A stretch of DNA of 64,000 nucleotides from the IMG/VR virus record IMGVR_UViG_3300014911_000629, one strand, 5' to 3'. This document shows positions 8,805-18,939 of this stretch, piece by piece (within the stretch, counting starts at the first letter, position 1; each line of letters opens with the position of its first letter). The notes below the pieces were generated by a model. It had not been told where the DNA came from. It did no database searches and saw only the letters and a list, made by a program, of their open reading frames with translations. This DNA is from an uncultured virus (IMG/VR IMGVR_UViG_3300014911_000629). Lineage: Duplodnaviria > Heunggongvirae > Uroviricota > Caudoviricetes. The position numbers and the translations under genes were made by a program.

Positions 8805-11800
8805 CTGCTATTCTTTAGATATGTTACTATGACATCATAAGGTTTAACCTTGAAGTCGTCCCCTCCAACACCTTTCAGATATGCCTTCCATGTCCTATTT
8901 ACGGTGTCATATTTATATACCCACTCACCACTTTCCAGTGGTAACTCCGATGCATTTTTTTCACTATAACTGCTCCAAGATACCACATTATAACCTGTCT
9001 TCATGAATGTTCTATTCTTCACGCTATAATTATACATATCTGTTACATTTATTCTTCTTGTTATGTTACGATTTACAACAATTACTGTTGCATCCCAATT
9101 CTTTATAACAGAATTTATGCCTGCGTTATATCCAACGAAGTAACCCTCCCATTCATCAGATGATGCATTGTAGTAATGTATCCAATAACCCTTTGAAAGA
9201 TTTAGCAGTTCTGCAAGTTTTGATGAATTTGTTGCGTTGCCCTGCCATGCAAACCAGTTATATCCTGCTGTGCCTTCTTTTGGAGTAATTAGAGTTACAT
9301 TTCTATCAATTCTTATTGTCTTTGTCAATGAACCCCATACATCATTTGTTGCATTATATACCCATAGAGTTACATTGTAGTATCCTGCTACGAGATATTG
9401 ATGGGTTGTTTCATTAACTCCAGTAACGTTTGTTCCATCTCCAAATTCCCATTTCCAATCGTCAGCACCTTCAGTAATTGAATAGAAATGCACAATATCA
9501 TCTGTTGTTGGATACTCTGGATACCACCAGAAGTCAATGAAGAACTGGGTGAAGAAATGGAATATTTGTGTTGTTTCATTCTTTCCATCGCTTACCCATA
9601 CTTTCCAGTAATATGTCTGTCCAGTTTCGTTGAATAACTTTTCATCCTGATAATAACTACCATTATACATTGAATAATCAAGAATTGTCCATCTCTGTAT
9701 CCATGTGCCAGTATCAGGGTCTTTAACCCATAATATAAAGTTCATGCCATCTCCATCTCCATCTGTCAAATTCCAGTATAATCTTACAAAACGTTGCCAC
9801 TCACCGCTAACCAATTTTCTATAAACTGCAACATTTGTGCTTCCATTATCTGGGTCTTCATCTATAACTGGAGGATGATTGGCAGGGCGGTAACGCCACC
9901 AATCAGATGTTATTGTCCAGTTTCCGTCATATACCTTTACATACCAAGTGTGCCATGTCCAGTTGGTTAATCCAGATACATAGATAGTTGCTCTTGAATT
10001 TGCTGGAACATTTAACACTTCCCCATATTTGCTTCCATCTATGTAAAATTCAACTTTATCTATTGTATCATTAGCATCATCATCTGAAACATATACAGAG
10101 AAATTCAAATCTGGTTTTCCGTAGGCAGTATTATTTGCTGGAATTGGGTCTCCGACAGATGGCTTTCCTATTGGTATGTTTGCACCTAAAGAATAATAGA
10201 CAATATTCGGCTCATTCTCTGTATAGACAGGTTGCACATAAATTTCAGCACCTAATGAGTAATATACAATATTGGGTTCTGGTTGGTAAGGCAGTGTAGT
10301 GAAATGATAAATCTCGCTATACTGTGTCATGCCAGTTGTTACATTTACTGCCCTAACTCTCCAATAGTATGTGGTGTTCCAATCTAATCCGCTCCACCAT
10401 ATCTGTATCGTTGCATTTGGTGGGAATGATTGCGTAACTCTGCCAATTTCAGCCCAAGAGCCATCAGCGGTGCAATTTGTTTCAAATATTATATCAAGTT
10501 GCATAACATCTCCTGTTTTATTTACATCTATTCTCAATGGAGTTGATAACCATATGCCAGTAGAGCCATTAGAAGGATATGGATTTGAAAGATTAGCAAT
10601 GTTATAGACATTTATTTCAGCACCAAGAGAATAATATACAATATTTGGTTCTGGCTCTGTATATTCTGGCTGAACATATATTTGAGAGCCAATGCTGTAA
10701 TATACTATATCTGGCTCTGGGTCAGTTAGTTTTGTTGTAAATGAATAAACAGATGAATTTGAATATGCACCTATTGATGAATTATATGCAGATACTCTCC
10801 AATAATATGTAGTATTCCAATCTAATCCACTCCACCATAGCGAAACCTCAACAAGTGATGAATTTAGAACCTTAACATTATTTACAGTTCCTATCTTTGC
10901 CCAAGAGCCATCAGAAGTGCAATTTGTTAAGAATGTGAAATCCCAATAATTTTCTTCTCCTGTTTTATTAACGTATATAGTTAATTTAACGCTCAATGGC
11001 TCATCTGTTGTTCCATTCGGAGATGGATTATAAAAGTGGGGCGTATCATAAACTCTTATTTCAGCACCTAATGAATAATATACAATGTTTGGCTCTGGCT
11101 CTGTGTATTCAGGTTGAACATAAATATCTGCACCAAGTGAATAATATACAATGTTCGGTTCAGTATCATTATAATAGGTTGTAAAAACATATACTGGGCT
11201 TGGGTCGCTCCAATATTCATCGTCTTTCGCTTTTGCATACCAATAATATTTTGTTCCTTCATAAGGTGCATAGAATGTAACATTGCATTTTACTATTTCT
11301 CCGTTTGTCCATCCTGTTGCAGTGCTATTCCATCCAATTATCCTTCCACTTGGGTATTCATAGAATGTAACATTGTATATCTTGCCATAATATGTTGTAG
11401 AACCGCCTCCGCCTGTTGCCCACGCTGTTCCATCTTCAAGAGTTCCATCATTATTACCCCAACTATCATATGTTGTTGTCCCAGTATTTTCATCAAATTT
11501 CCACCATGATACCAGACCACGCTTTACACAATTATCATTCTTTCCATAAAAGTTCGCCTTTACTTCGCTTGGTGTTAAAGCAACATTATAAACTCTGATG
11601 TAATCCATCTTTCCATCAAATGTTTTGTCATTTCCCACATAAGAGCATTCTCCAATCACAACATCTGCCGTATTCGGCGAAGGCGTATTTGGCTCATAAT
11701 ATGAATAAACAAGAGTTCCATTTTTATAAACATACATTGTATGAGTATCATTGTCGAATACAACTGTAAGATAGACCCATGTTTCCATTGGTAATGTTGC

Positions 11801-13621
11801 ATTTCCAACCGTCTGATTATGCCCATTTACACAAATCATAAGTTCCCATGTTGTTCCATCCTCGCTGTATAACGCAACTCCCCATCCTGTATTTGCATTT
11901 GTCATCTTCGATATTATGGTATCAAATTTATCATCAGCAGGCACATCCTCTATCCACAATGCCATATCAATTGTGAAGGAAGTGAGATTTAGAGATGGGT
12001 CATCAGGAACTCTAACATCATCATTTGCACCATCAAAATCTAATCCTGTCCATCCGAATGTATAATCAGGATGATATACAACTGCTGAAAGTTCAATATT
12101 GCCCTTTTCTTCATAACTGTTGTTTTCTGGATAAACTGGAAAAACTTTTGGAATAGCATCAGTTCTAAAAGAAAAGGTTTGATTAGTCCATACCCCAGTT
12201 GTCCCATCCTTTGCATGGATACGCCAATAATAAGTTGTATTTGTTCTATTAAATGTATCTTCATGGTGATACCATGTTCCATTATTTTGGTCGGTTAGAT
12301 GAAGTCGGTTTGTCCATTCTCCAATAGGAACAGATGGAGAATTTTCAGAGCCAATGGAGTATAAAAGTAATGAAAAAGATGGTAATTCTTCTGGTATAAA
12401 CTGGTAATAATACATTTTTGTATCTATATATCCATCATCTGAAGAAGGACCTCCATTACCTTTTGCTTTTATATGTAGATAACCACCTTCTGAAGAACTC
12501 CATTCAAAGACAGAGCCAGCATCGTTGTAATTTAAAAGACCTATCCATTGATATTCAAGTTTTTCTGGTATATATGATGTTAATGTTTCATTAAAAACTT
12601 CACTTCCGCCAGTTGTTGTTATAATACCTCTACAATATGTATCGGTAACAATTATCTTAAATTCATAAGTATTGCCCTCCGTTAATACCAAATCCCATGA
12701 ACCACTATCAGTAGAACCAGAAGAATTTTGACAATAAAATTTAACAACAGCAGTAGTTTCTGTTGCACCCATATCTGCATTATATCTTATAGCGAAATAT
12801 GTCCTATTTGTTATTGTAGTTCCTTTTTCTCCTGACATACCAATATATATTCCCCCTCCCCAACCAAATGCATCAATGTCTGTGATTTCCATCGTCCAGT
12901 TCGCTGTTCCAAATCCACCATATTCGTATCTGAAGTAGTAATCCCATCTATCAGGGTCAAATCTTTCATATTCTGAAGTTGTATCTGAAGAAAAATCATC
13001 ATAAACGGTAGTAGCAGGTAAAGATGACATTCCAGACCATGTAGCACGAGGATTTCCATATGCAATCCATATCCTATAATTAGTATTTGCAGGTATATGT
13101 GGTATCTTAACGCTAAATTTTGCTGATTGATTTGATGAATTATACCATAACCTGACAGTATTTGGAGTTAAATCATTGCCAGACAATATATCCGATGCAT
13201 TATCTATAAATCTTATGTCATCTCCGTCTGGCTGTGCATGAGAAAAATCAAAATTTGTGCTGTTTAGTGTTATATTTGTGTAACTATTATTTATTTCAGA
13301 ACCACCAATATTGTCAATCCATATTTCTCTATAATATGACCAGTATCCACTACCATTGCCACTCCATTTTGGAGGAGATAACACATCCAAGTAAAATTCC
13401 ATATCTCCTCCGCCAGTTGTATCGTTTAATTGAAACGATAAATTAACATATCCGTTACCGTCTGGAGGGTTGTTTTCTATCTCAATATGTATTCCACCAT
13501 TTGGAGGAGAAACATTTGATATTATTATGTCAGCGATAGAAATTGTTGATAGAAAGAGTATTAAAAATAGGGAAACTATTGTTGTTATGCATATGCGTTT
13601 TGGATTTATTTTCAACATCAT
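8777..13621 (-). CDS. 1614-aa secreted adhesin-like protein (DUF2341, LamG, Ig/FN3-like repeats, PKD)
   Basis: NFDFSHAQPDGDDIRF (DUF2341); GLDFDGANDDV...FDGKMDYIRVYNVALT and GLVSWWKFDE (LamG); repeated TTYYWRV; WEFGDG. Confidence 0.85.
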   Translation of the reverse strand: MMLKINPKRICITTIVSLFLILFLSTISIADIIISNVSPPNGGIHIEIENNPPDGNGYVNLSFQLNDTTGGGDMEFYLDVLSPPKWSGNGSGYWSYYREIWIDNIGGSEINNSYTNITLNSTNFDFSHAQPDGDDIRFIDNASDILSGNDLTPNTVRLWYNSSNQSAKFSVKIPHIPANTNYRIWIAYGNPRATWSGMSSLPATTVYDDFSSDTTSEYERFDPDRWDYYFRYEYGGFGTANWTMEITDIDAFGWGGGIYIGMSGEKGTTITNRTYFAIRYNADMGATETTAVVKFYCQNSSGSTDSGSWDLVLTEGNTYEFKIIVTDTYCRGIITTTGGSEVFNETLTSYIPEKLEYQWIGLLNYNDAGSVFEWSSSEGGYLHIKAKGNGGPSSDDGYIDTKMYYYQFIPEELPSFSLLLYSIGSENSPSVPIGEWTNRLHLTDQNNGTWYHHEDTFNRTNTTYYWRIHAKDGTTGVWTNQTFSFRTDAIPKVFPVYPENNSYEEKGNIELSAVVYHPDYTFGWTGLDFDGANDDVRVPDDPSLNLTSFTIDMALWIEDVPADDKFDTIISKMTNANTGWGVALYSEDGTTWELMICVNGHNQTVGNATLPMETWVYLTVVFDNDTHTMYVYKNGTLVYSYYEPNTPSPNTADVVIGECSYVGNDKTFDGKMDYIRVYNVALTPSEVKANFYGKNDNCVKRGLVSWWKFDENTGTTTYDSWGNNDGTLEDGTAWATGGGGSTTYYGKIYNVTFYEYPSGRIIGWNSTATGWTNGEIVKCNVTFYAPYEGTKYYWYAKAKDDEYWSDPSPVYVFTTYYNDTEPNIVYYSLGADIYVQPEYTEPEPNIVYYSLGAEIRVYDTPHFYNPSPNGTTDEPLSVKLTIYVNKTGEENYWDFTFLTNCTSDGSWAKIGTVNNVKVLNSSLVEVSLWWSGLDWNTTYYWRVSAYNSSIGAYSNSSVYSFTTKLTDPEPDIVYYSIGSQIYVQPEYTEPEPNIVYYSLGAEINVYNIANLSNPYPSNGSTGIWLSTPLRIDVNKTGDVMQLDIIFETNCTADGSWAEIGRVTQSFPPNATIQIWWSGLDWNTTYYWRVRAVNVTTGMTQYSEIYHFTTLPYQPEPNIVYYSLGAEIYVQPVYTENEPNIVYYSLGANIPIGKPSVGDPIPANNTAYGKPDLNFSVYVSDDDANDTIDKVEFYIDGSKYGEVLNVPANSRATIYVSGLTNWTWHTWYVKVYDGNWTITSDWWRYRPANHPPVIDEDPDNGSTNVAVYRKLVSGEWQRFVRLYWNLTDGDGDGMNFILWVKDPDTGTWIQRWTILDYSMYNGSYYQDEKLFNETGQTYYWKVWVSDGKNETTQIFHFFTQFFIDFWWYPEYPTTDDIVHFYSITEGADDWKWEFGDGTNVTGVNETTHQYLVAGYYNVTLWVYNATNDVWGSLTKTIRIDRNVTLITPKEGTAGYNWFAWQGNATNSSKLAELLNLSKGYWIHYYNASSDEWEGYFVGYNAGINSVIKNWDATVIVVNRNITRRINVTDMYNYSVKNRTFMKTGYNVVSWSSYSEKNASELPLESGEWVYKYDTVNRTWKAYLKGVGGDDFKVKPYDVIVTYLKNSRWWNLMFGG
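10175..11161 (-). repeat. Intragenic repeats: three tandem pairs of EPNIVYYSLGAEI
   Basis: Pairs at about 11057-11161, 10613-10717 and 10175-10279. Confidence 0.85.
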
Positions 13622-13627
13622 AATTCA

Positions 13628-15331
13628 TCATGCCAATCCTACTTTAAGCACAATTCCTTCATCAACACTATGTAAATCTTCTGGCACTGCACCGACATCA
13701 AGAATTTCAATCTTGAAATATCTTTTATCTCCTGTTCCCCACGGCAACCCGCCTGCCCATGTAGTTGTAGTCATATTTATGTATCCATTAGCATCTGTTG
13801 TTCCTATCAATGTCCATGATGAATTATCTGTTGAACCCCATAATCTTATGTTGTTTTCACACTGAATGCTTCCTATATCGCTGAAACTCCAGTTAATCCA
13901 ATTTATTGCTCTGCTATTTATATTTTCAAAGTAGAATACGCTTGAATTTACATTCTTCTGATTTGGTGTTGCATCTGGGAATTGAATGCGGTTGTATTGT
14001 TTGAGGACGCCAGAGGAAAAGTATTCTGGAGCGGAAATCATGTAGATGTTGTAATTACCACGAAGGTTGTATGCGAAAGTAATAACAAGACGGTGGTCAA
14101 GATATTGCACATGAGGATACCTAATGCTTTTTCCACTTGCTGGCGTAAATATTGTATGGCTTTCACTCCACAAGCCAGATATGTCATTTAATATTCTATA
14201 AACTAAATTACCAGAGCCATTTTCATAAACAACAACAAGTTGATTATTTACTGGGTCTTTAACCACTGAACAACCATCTCCTATATCTGCTTCTATGTCC
14301 CCTTTATCTGTCCATGATACTCCATCGTATATTCTCCAGTGAAGGTCCTTGCCTTCATCTTTATATACTAATATTAAATATCCGTCAAATACTTCTAAAG
14401 ATGGATAGAAATTATGGTCTGTTGAAACTAAAAAATCGCTTTCAAATGAAAATGATATTGGTGATGTTCCAGAATAAAGAGATAAACGACCATTATTTGC
14501 CGATGTATCCATTCTGCCAGCAACCATATACCATCTCCCATTATAATATTTAACACTACAACCATAAGAATGATGAGTATTATAATATTGTCTGATGCCT
14601 GTCCATGTTGCATCCGTCCATGCACTTCCATTCCATTTTATACGATATAATACATCGCTATAACAAAAGAATACATAAACAAATCCATTGTATGTTATTG
14701 CACAATATGGAAACTTACCACCATAAACATCTTCTTTATTTATTGTTATCCAATCCCATCCCTGCGATGAACGCTTTACATCAATACTTCCATTACCTAC
14801 CAGAAGATAATAATCTCCACTGCTATTTTTATAAATAAGAGACATATCCATATTGTTAGGAGTTGGTCTAAAATCTCCAAATATTAGTTGAGGGTCTCCC
14901 CACACATACTCTGTTGTAAATGAATATGTCGTATTTGTCCATCCTGTGCCATCCTTTGCACAAATCTGCCATTGATATGTAGTCCATGAGCCAGTAAAAT
15001 TACTATTTAAAACTGTAACATTATGATAACTAACGCCTCCCAAAGCACCGCTGTCATAAAAGGTTGCCCATGTGCCACTGTTATTCCACTTAAGAATAAC
15101 CTGTTCTAAATCGCCATCTCCATCGGAAACATTCACTGTAACATTCACACCATGCCCTCTCCATACATCAACAAATGTTGCTCCATCAGATGGATAAGCA
15201 TACACTATGCTTGGATTTACTGCTCTTGTTTCTATTGCATAAAATGTTAAAGCACCAAATACAAACAATCCTGTTATAAGCCCAGCAATAAATTTACGCC
15301 TATCTTCTCTCATTTTAACCACCTTCAACAC
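13628..15331 (-). CDS. Secreted protein with Ig-like and beta-propeller-like regions (likely start 15313)
   Basis: Signal/TM, DGDGD Ig module, repeated aromatic/W blades (WNGSAW, YDGVSW). Confidence 0.7.
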   Translation of the reverse strand: MLKVVKMREDRRKFIAGLITGLFVFGALTFYAIETRAVNPSIVYAYPSDGATFVDVWRGHGVNVTVNVSDGDGDLEQVILKWNNSGTWATFYDSGALGGVSYHNVTVLNSNFTGSWTTYQWQICAKDGTGWTNTTYSFTTEYVWGDPQLIFGDFRPTPNNMDMSLIYKNSSGDYYLLVGNGSIDVKRSSQGWDWITINKEDVYGGKFPYCAITYNGFVYVFFCYSDVLYRIKWNGSAWTDATWTGIRQYYNTHHSYGCSVKYYNGRWYMVAGRMDTSANNGRLSLYSGTSPISFSFESDFLVSTDHNFYPSLEVFDGYLILVYKDEGKDLHWRIYDGVSWTDKGDIEADIGDGCSVVKDPVNNQLVVVYENGSGNLVYRILNDISGLWSESHTIFTPASGKSIRYPHVQYLDHRLVITFAYNLRGNYNIYMISAPEYFSSGVLKQYNRIQFPDATPNQKNVNSSVFYFENINSRAINWINWSFSDIGSIQCENNIRLWGSTDNSSWTLIGTTDANGYINMTTTTWAGGLPWGTGDKRYFKIEILDVGAVPEDLHSVDEGIVLKVGLA

Positions 15332-15575
15332 AAACCAACTCTTTTATATTATTTCCAAATTCCTCTTTTTCATCAACTTTACAAGATAATATATCAAATC
15401 CTTCGGTAAATATATGTCCAGAACCCTTTGTTATAATCGTGTTATAATTTTTAAATTTCAATTTTATTTTATCAACATATATCGGTTCATCTAAAGCGAA
15501 GGATGTTATTTTTATTTTATCTGATTGTGTTTGAGAGAATGTTACTTCCCTTGTATGAAATTTTATCTTACTCAT
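15315..15575 (-). CDS. Hypothetical protein
   Basis: In-operon ORF with GAGGGA SD. Confidence 0.55.
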   Translation of the reverse strand: MSKIKFHTREVTFSQTQSDKIKITSFALDEPIYVDKIKLKFKNYNTIITKGSGHIFTEGFDILSCKVDEKEEFGNNIKELVCVEGG

Positions 15576-15623
15576 TTTTATCCCTCTTTATATATTTTAT
15601 TTTCATTAATATTTTTTTCCATT

Positions 15624-16145
15624 CTACCACCAGTTGAACAGATTGAGCCAGACCTCATAACACCACTTCTCAAATTCGTTTGGGATAACATCAACTACCT
15701 CTGCTTTTATCTCATCAATCCTTACAGGTTCATCATAGTAGTTGTTATTGTCTCCTTTAGTCAATACATATTCAACACCGTTAGCACTGTAAATATCAAC
15801 AACTCTATGTGCCACATATACGCCTGCCTCCTCATTATAATATACGACAATATCTCCAACTTTTATATCAAAGTTTGGATGCTCCGTTGTTATATACAGC
15901 ACATATTCGCCATCATACATCTGTGGATACATGCTATATCCTACAACTTCTGCTATGCCATAGTAATCTCTGTTAGCCCAATCGTTGGAGTATGGATAAG
16001 CAAACATTATAGCGAGAGTTATCAGTAACATAACCATTATTATTCCAGCAAGAACGCTTATTGTTAAATATTCATACCACGGCTTTTTTATGACGATTTC
16101 CTTTTTTCTATATTCCACAGGTAATAATACCTTATCCATGTTCAT
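15624..16145 (-). CDS. Signal peptidase I, archaeal Sec11/S26B type
   Basis: TM then GYSMYP (Ser), GDIVVY, VAHRVV (His), TKGDNN. Confidence 0.9.
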   Translation of the reverse strand: MNMDKVLLPVEYRKKEIVIKKPWYEYLTISVLAGIIMVMLLITLAIMFAYPYSNDWANRDYYGIAEVVGYSMYPQMYDGEYVLYITTEHPNFDIKVGDIVVYYNEEAGVYVAHRVVDIYSANGVEYVLTKGDNNNYYDEPVRIDEIKAEVVDVIPNEFEKWCYEVWLNLFNWW

Positions 16146-16524
16146 TCACCTTTTCATTAACAAACTTTCTAATCCAATCAATGCCAGTTGATATTACCGC
16201 AACCATAACTATTGATTGTATAAAATCTATTACGAATTGTTTAGCAGTGTTACGTGTTATAATTAGATAGAACACTATATAGAAAGAGCCGATTATAAGC
16301 ATTATAGCATCTTCCTTTGTGAATTTTCCGAAAATTAAATCATATGTTGGAGAGAAGAAAAACAATGAAAGCAAACTACCAAGAACTGCATACTTTATCC
16401 ATGTAATGGTTTCTTCTACACCGTATATAAAGTAAAGAAGCAATATGCATGCCATGCCTATTGCCAACTTTGCTATATTGTTCATATTAATCCCTTGAGT
16501 ATGAATATGCTCTAAACAATACAT
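16132..16524 (-). CDS. Membrane protein
   Basis: Four hydrophobic helices; in operon. Confidence 0.65.
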   Translation of the reverse strand: MYCLEHIHTQGINMNNIAKLAIGMACILLLYFIYGVEETITWIKYAVLGSLLSLFFFSPTYDLIFGKFTKEDAIMLIIGSFYIVFYLIITRNTAKQFVIDFIQSIVMVAVISTGIDWIRKFVNEKVNEHG

Positions 16525-16861
16525 ATATGAGTAATATGATTGGAATTAACCAGAGAAGCAATGGCGAGTTGTATTTACCAGCAAGGGTAAATGATAAGAC
16601 AAGTGATGATAGGAATAAAAATATTGATGAAATTGTTACGGCAGGCATAACGTATTTTCTTTTGTTATAATAAACTGATGTTATTGTTGCAAGAACAGTT
16701 GATGCAGTTGTTAAATAGAGTATCCAGAATGCAGGAGTTAAAATCCCTTCCGAAGTATATATTGCATACTTTACATATTCAACTACTGACAACACAAATA
16801 GAATAATCATTAGTATTGTATCTCCAAACAGTGCAACATTCTTTATTTCTTCCTTTTCCAT
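16487..16861 (-). CDS. Membrane protein
   Basis: Four hydrophobic helices; in operon. Confidence 0.65.
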   Translation of the reverse strand: MEKEEIKNVALFGDTILMIILFVLSVVEYVKYAIYTSEGILTPAFWILYLTTASTVLATITSVYYNKRKYVMPAVTISSIFLFLSSLVLSFTLAGKYNSPLLLWLIPIILLIYVLFRAYSYSRD

Positions 16862-18708
16862 AATGCACCACCACTACCTTCAAATAGTCCAATATGACCC
16901 CACTCTGGGTAGAATACTATGCCAACTCCTATGAATATGCTTGCAAATGCTATTGCTGTATATACTTTTGTTGGAGTTATCTTTCCTATTATCTGTGATG
17001 CTTCTACTCCATCAACAAATCCATAGCCAGTTTTGTAGTCAAATCCTGCTGGAGGTATGTCATTTGCACTCTCTTTCAATGCTCTGTAAAAATCTGTTGG
17101 CTGTAAATCTTTATGCTTTGTTGCCAAATCTGCAAGTATTCCAGATGTCGATGGACATGAGAATGATGTTCCTGAAACAAACTTTAAACTTCCATCATAA
17201 TCAAATGTAGCAACATTTACTCCAACATTGGTAACATCTGGCTTTTTATGACCATCAGGTGTCGGACCTTCTGAACTAAAGTATGCTGGAACTAAATCCT
17301 TATCAACAGCACCTACTCCAAGCACATATTGGGCGGAGGCAGGTGAGGATATATGGTATCCCAAATGTGCTTCATTACCAGCAGATGCAACAACTGGTAT
17401 TCCATATCGCACTGCTAAATTATTTGCACCTGCTGATGTAGGTGCTGGATTAGACCATGTATCTCCAATCAATTCTGCTGGAACTCCAAATGAGCATGAT
17501 GCTATGACAAAATATTCTGGATGCTCCTGCTTGAACTGTGCTACCTTTTCATAACCCCAAAGAATATCGCTGTCATAAGCAACAGTGTCGCCATCGCTAT
17601 CAACAAAGAAAACTTCAACATCTATCAAATACACATCTGGTGCTACTCCTTTGTATTCTGGATGCTGACTTGCTATGCATGATGCTACAAGAGTTCCATG
17701 ATTTACATCATATTTTGGACTTATTATGTAATCCCCATATTTTTCATATGAGGCAATCACAACACTGCTTCCATTCCTCTGCAACCATTGCATATCCTCA
17801 TTTATACCACTGTCTATTATTGCAACAACAACTCCCTTTCCAGTATATCCATGAGACCAAAGCCAATCAGTGTTAAGTAACCTGTTGCAATCATCGAGAC
17901 AATGAACATTATTAATATCGCCCATGTATAATTTTACTTTATTGTTTGGATATATTGCTCTAACATATGGATGGCTTGCAAGTTCCCTTAATTTAGAACC
18001 ATCTATTTTTACGTGCAAGCCATTAAATGTATAATAATATTGATTTTCAACAAATCCACCAAGAGAAATAACATCCTGTATAACCATATTTTGCTGTTCA
18101 AGAGCATATGTGCCAACTGGTGCAGTTAGTTCAACAATAAAATCCTTTTCTCCATAGAGGTTATTAAGTTTTATTTTTTGCATGGGGTCTATGTTGCATT
18201 CTGGATAACCAAACATCTCTATTGACAGGGTTTCATATGTGCTTTGTGCGTATCCAGATAGATATGCAAATGAGAAAAATCCAAGCACTGCTATGATAAT
18301 GCCGATAACTCTGTAAGGAAGTTTTTTCTTTGAAAATTCACCGAATATTTTGTTGGCATATGGAGAAACCATCAGGACGATTATTGTTATACCTATTATT
18401 GTTCCAATAGGTATATCCAAAAGTTTTGGCACTGCCAGAAGTATAGCACCAATTCTTGATAGATGAAGTCGTGCAAGCAACCCAAAGCCAACAAGTATTG
18501 AAGAAACCGCTATAATTGCATTCAATATGAGGACGTATGTGTTTGATGGATAATAACCGAATAATGAAGTCAATGTAGGTTCATAGAATATCTCGCCTAT
18601 TATATACAGGGCAAGGATTACTGACATTACGATACCATCAACTAAATAAAAGAGAGCGATGAAGTTAGTGATTTTCTCAAATAATTCTTTTGTATCCATG
18701 TAAATCAC
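16843..18708 (-). CDS. Polytopic membrane S8 protease with I9-like propeptide
   Basis: N-terminal TMs; TFNGLHV...HPYVRAIYPN propeptide; triad AIIDSG, NHGT, SGTSFS; C-terminal TM. Confidence 0.9.
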   Translation of the reverse strand: MIYMDTKELFEKITNFIALFYLVDGIVMSVILALYIIGEIFYEPTLTSLFGYYPSNTYVLILNAIIAVSSILVGFGLLARLHLSRIGAILLAVPKLLDIPIGTIIGITIIVLMVSPYANKIFGEFSKKKLPYRVIGIIIAVLGFFSFAYLSGYAQSTYETLSIEMFGYPECNIDPMQKIKLNNLYGEKDFIVELTAPVGTYALEQQNMVIQDVISLGGFVENQYYYTFNGLHVKIDGSKLRELASHPYVRAIYPNNKVKLYMGDINNVHCLDDCNRLLNTDWLWSHGYTGKGVVVAIIDSGINEDMQWLQRNGSSVVIASYEKYGDYIISPKYDVNHGTLVASCIASQHPEYKGVAPDVYLIDVEVFFVDSDGDTVAYDSDILWGYEKVAQFKQEHPEYFVIASCSFGVPAELIGDTWSNPAPTSAGANNLAVRYGIPVVASAGNEAHLGYHISSPASAQYVLGVGAVDKDLVPAYFSSEGPTPDGHKKPDVTNVGVNVATFDYDGSLKFVSGTSFSCPSTSGILADLATKHKDLQPTDFYRALKESANDIPPAGFDYKTGYGFVDGVEASQIIGKITPTKVYTAIAFASIFIGVGIVFYPEWGHIGLFEGSGGALWKRKK

Positions 18709-18711
18709 CTA

Positions 18712-18939
18712 TTAACGTCGTGTCTGCTTTATTCTTTCCTTCTTTTCCTCCGCCTCAAATAGTTTATCGAGTATATCGAAATCGCTGAAGGCAACAAAGA
18801 AGGCAATTAATCCTGCTATTATGTCATCTAAAGGATTGAGGGGAAGGAGGTCTATGGGGCTAACTATGTAAATGAATGCTATCAGTAGCACTATGAATTT
18901 TATTGCCTTCTTTGTAATTTCTCGTATCATGTAAATCAC
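18712..18939 (-). CDS. DUF1232/YkvA-like membrane protein
   Basis: YIVSPIDLLP..PLDD motif. Confidence 0.75.
   Translation of the reverse strand: MIYMIREITKKAIKFIVLLIAFIYIVSPIDLLPLNPLDDIIAGLIAFFVAFSDFDILDKLFEAEEKKERIKQTRR

Noticed and set aside
10175..11161. Repeats as DGR template/variable regions
   Set aside because: No reverse transcriptase; all copies are in-frame coding and the differences are not adenine-specific
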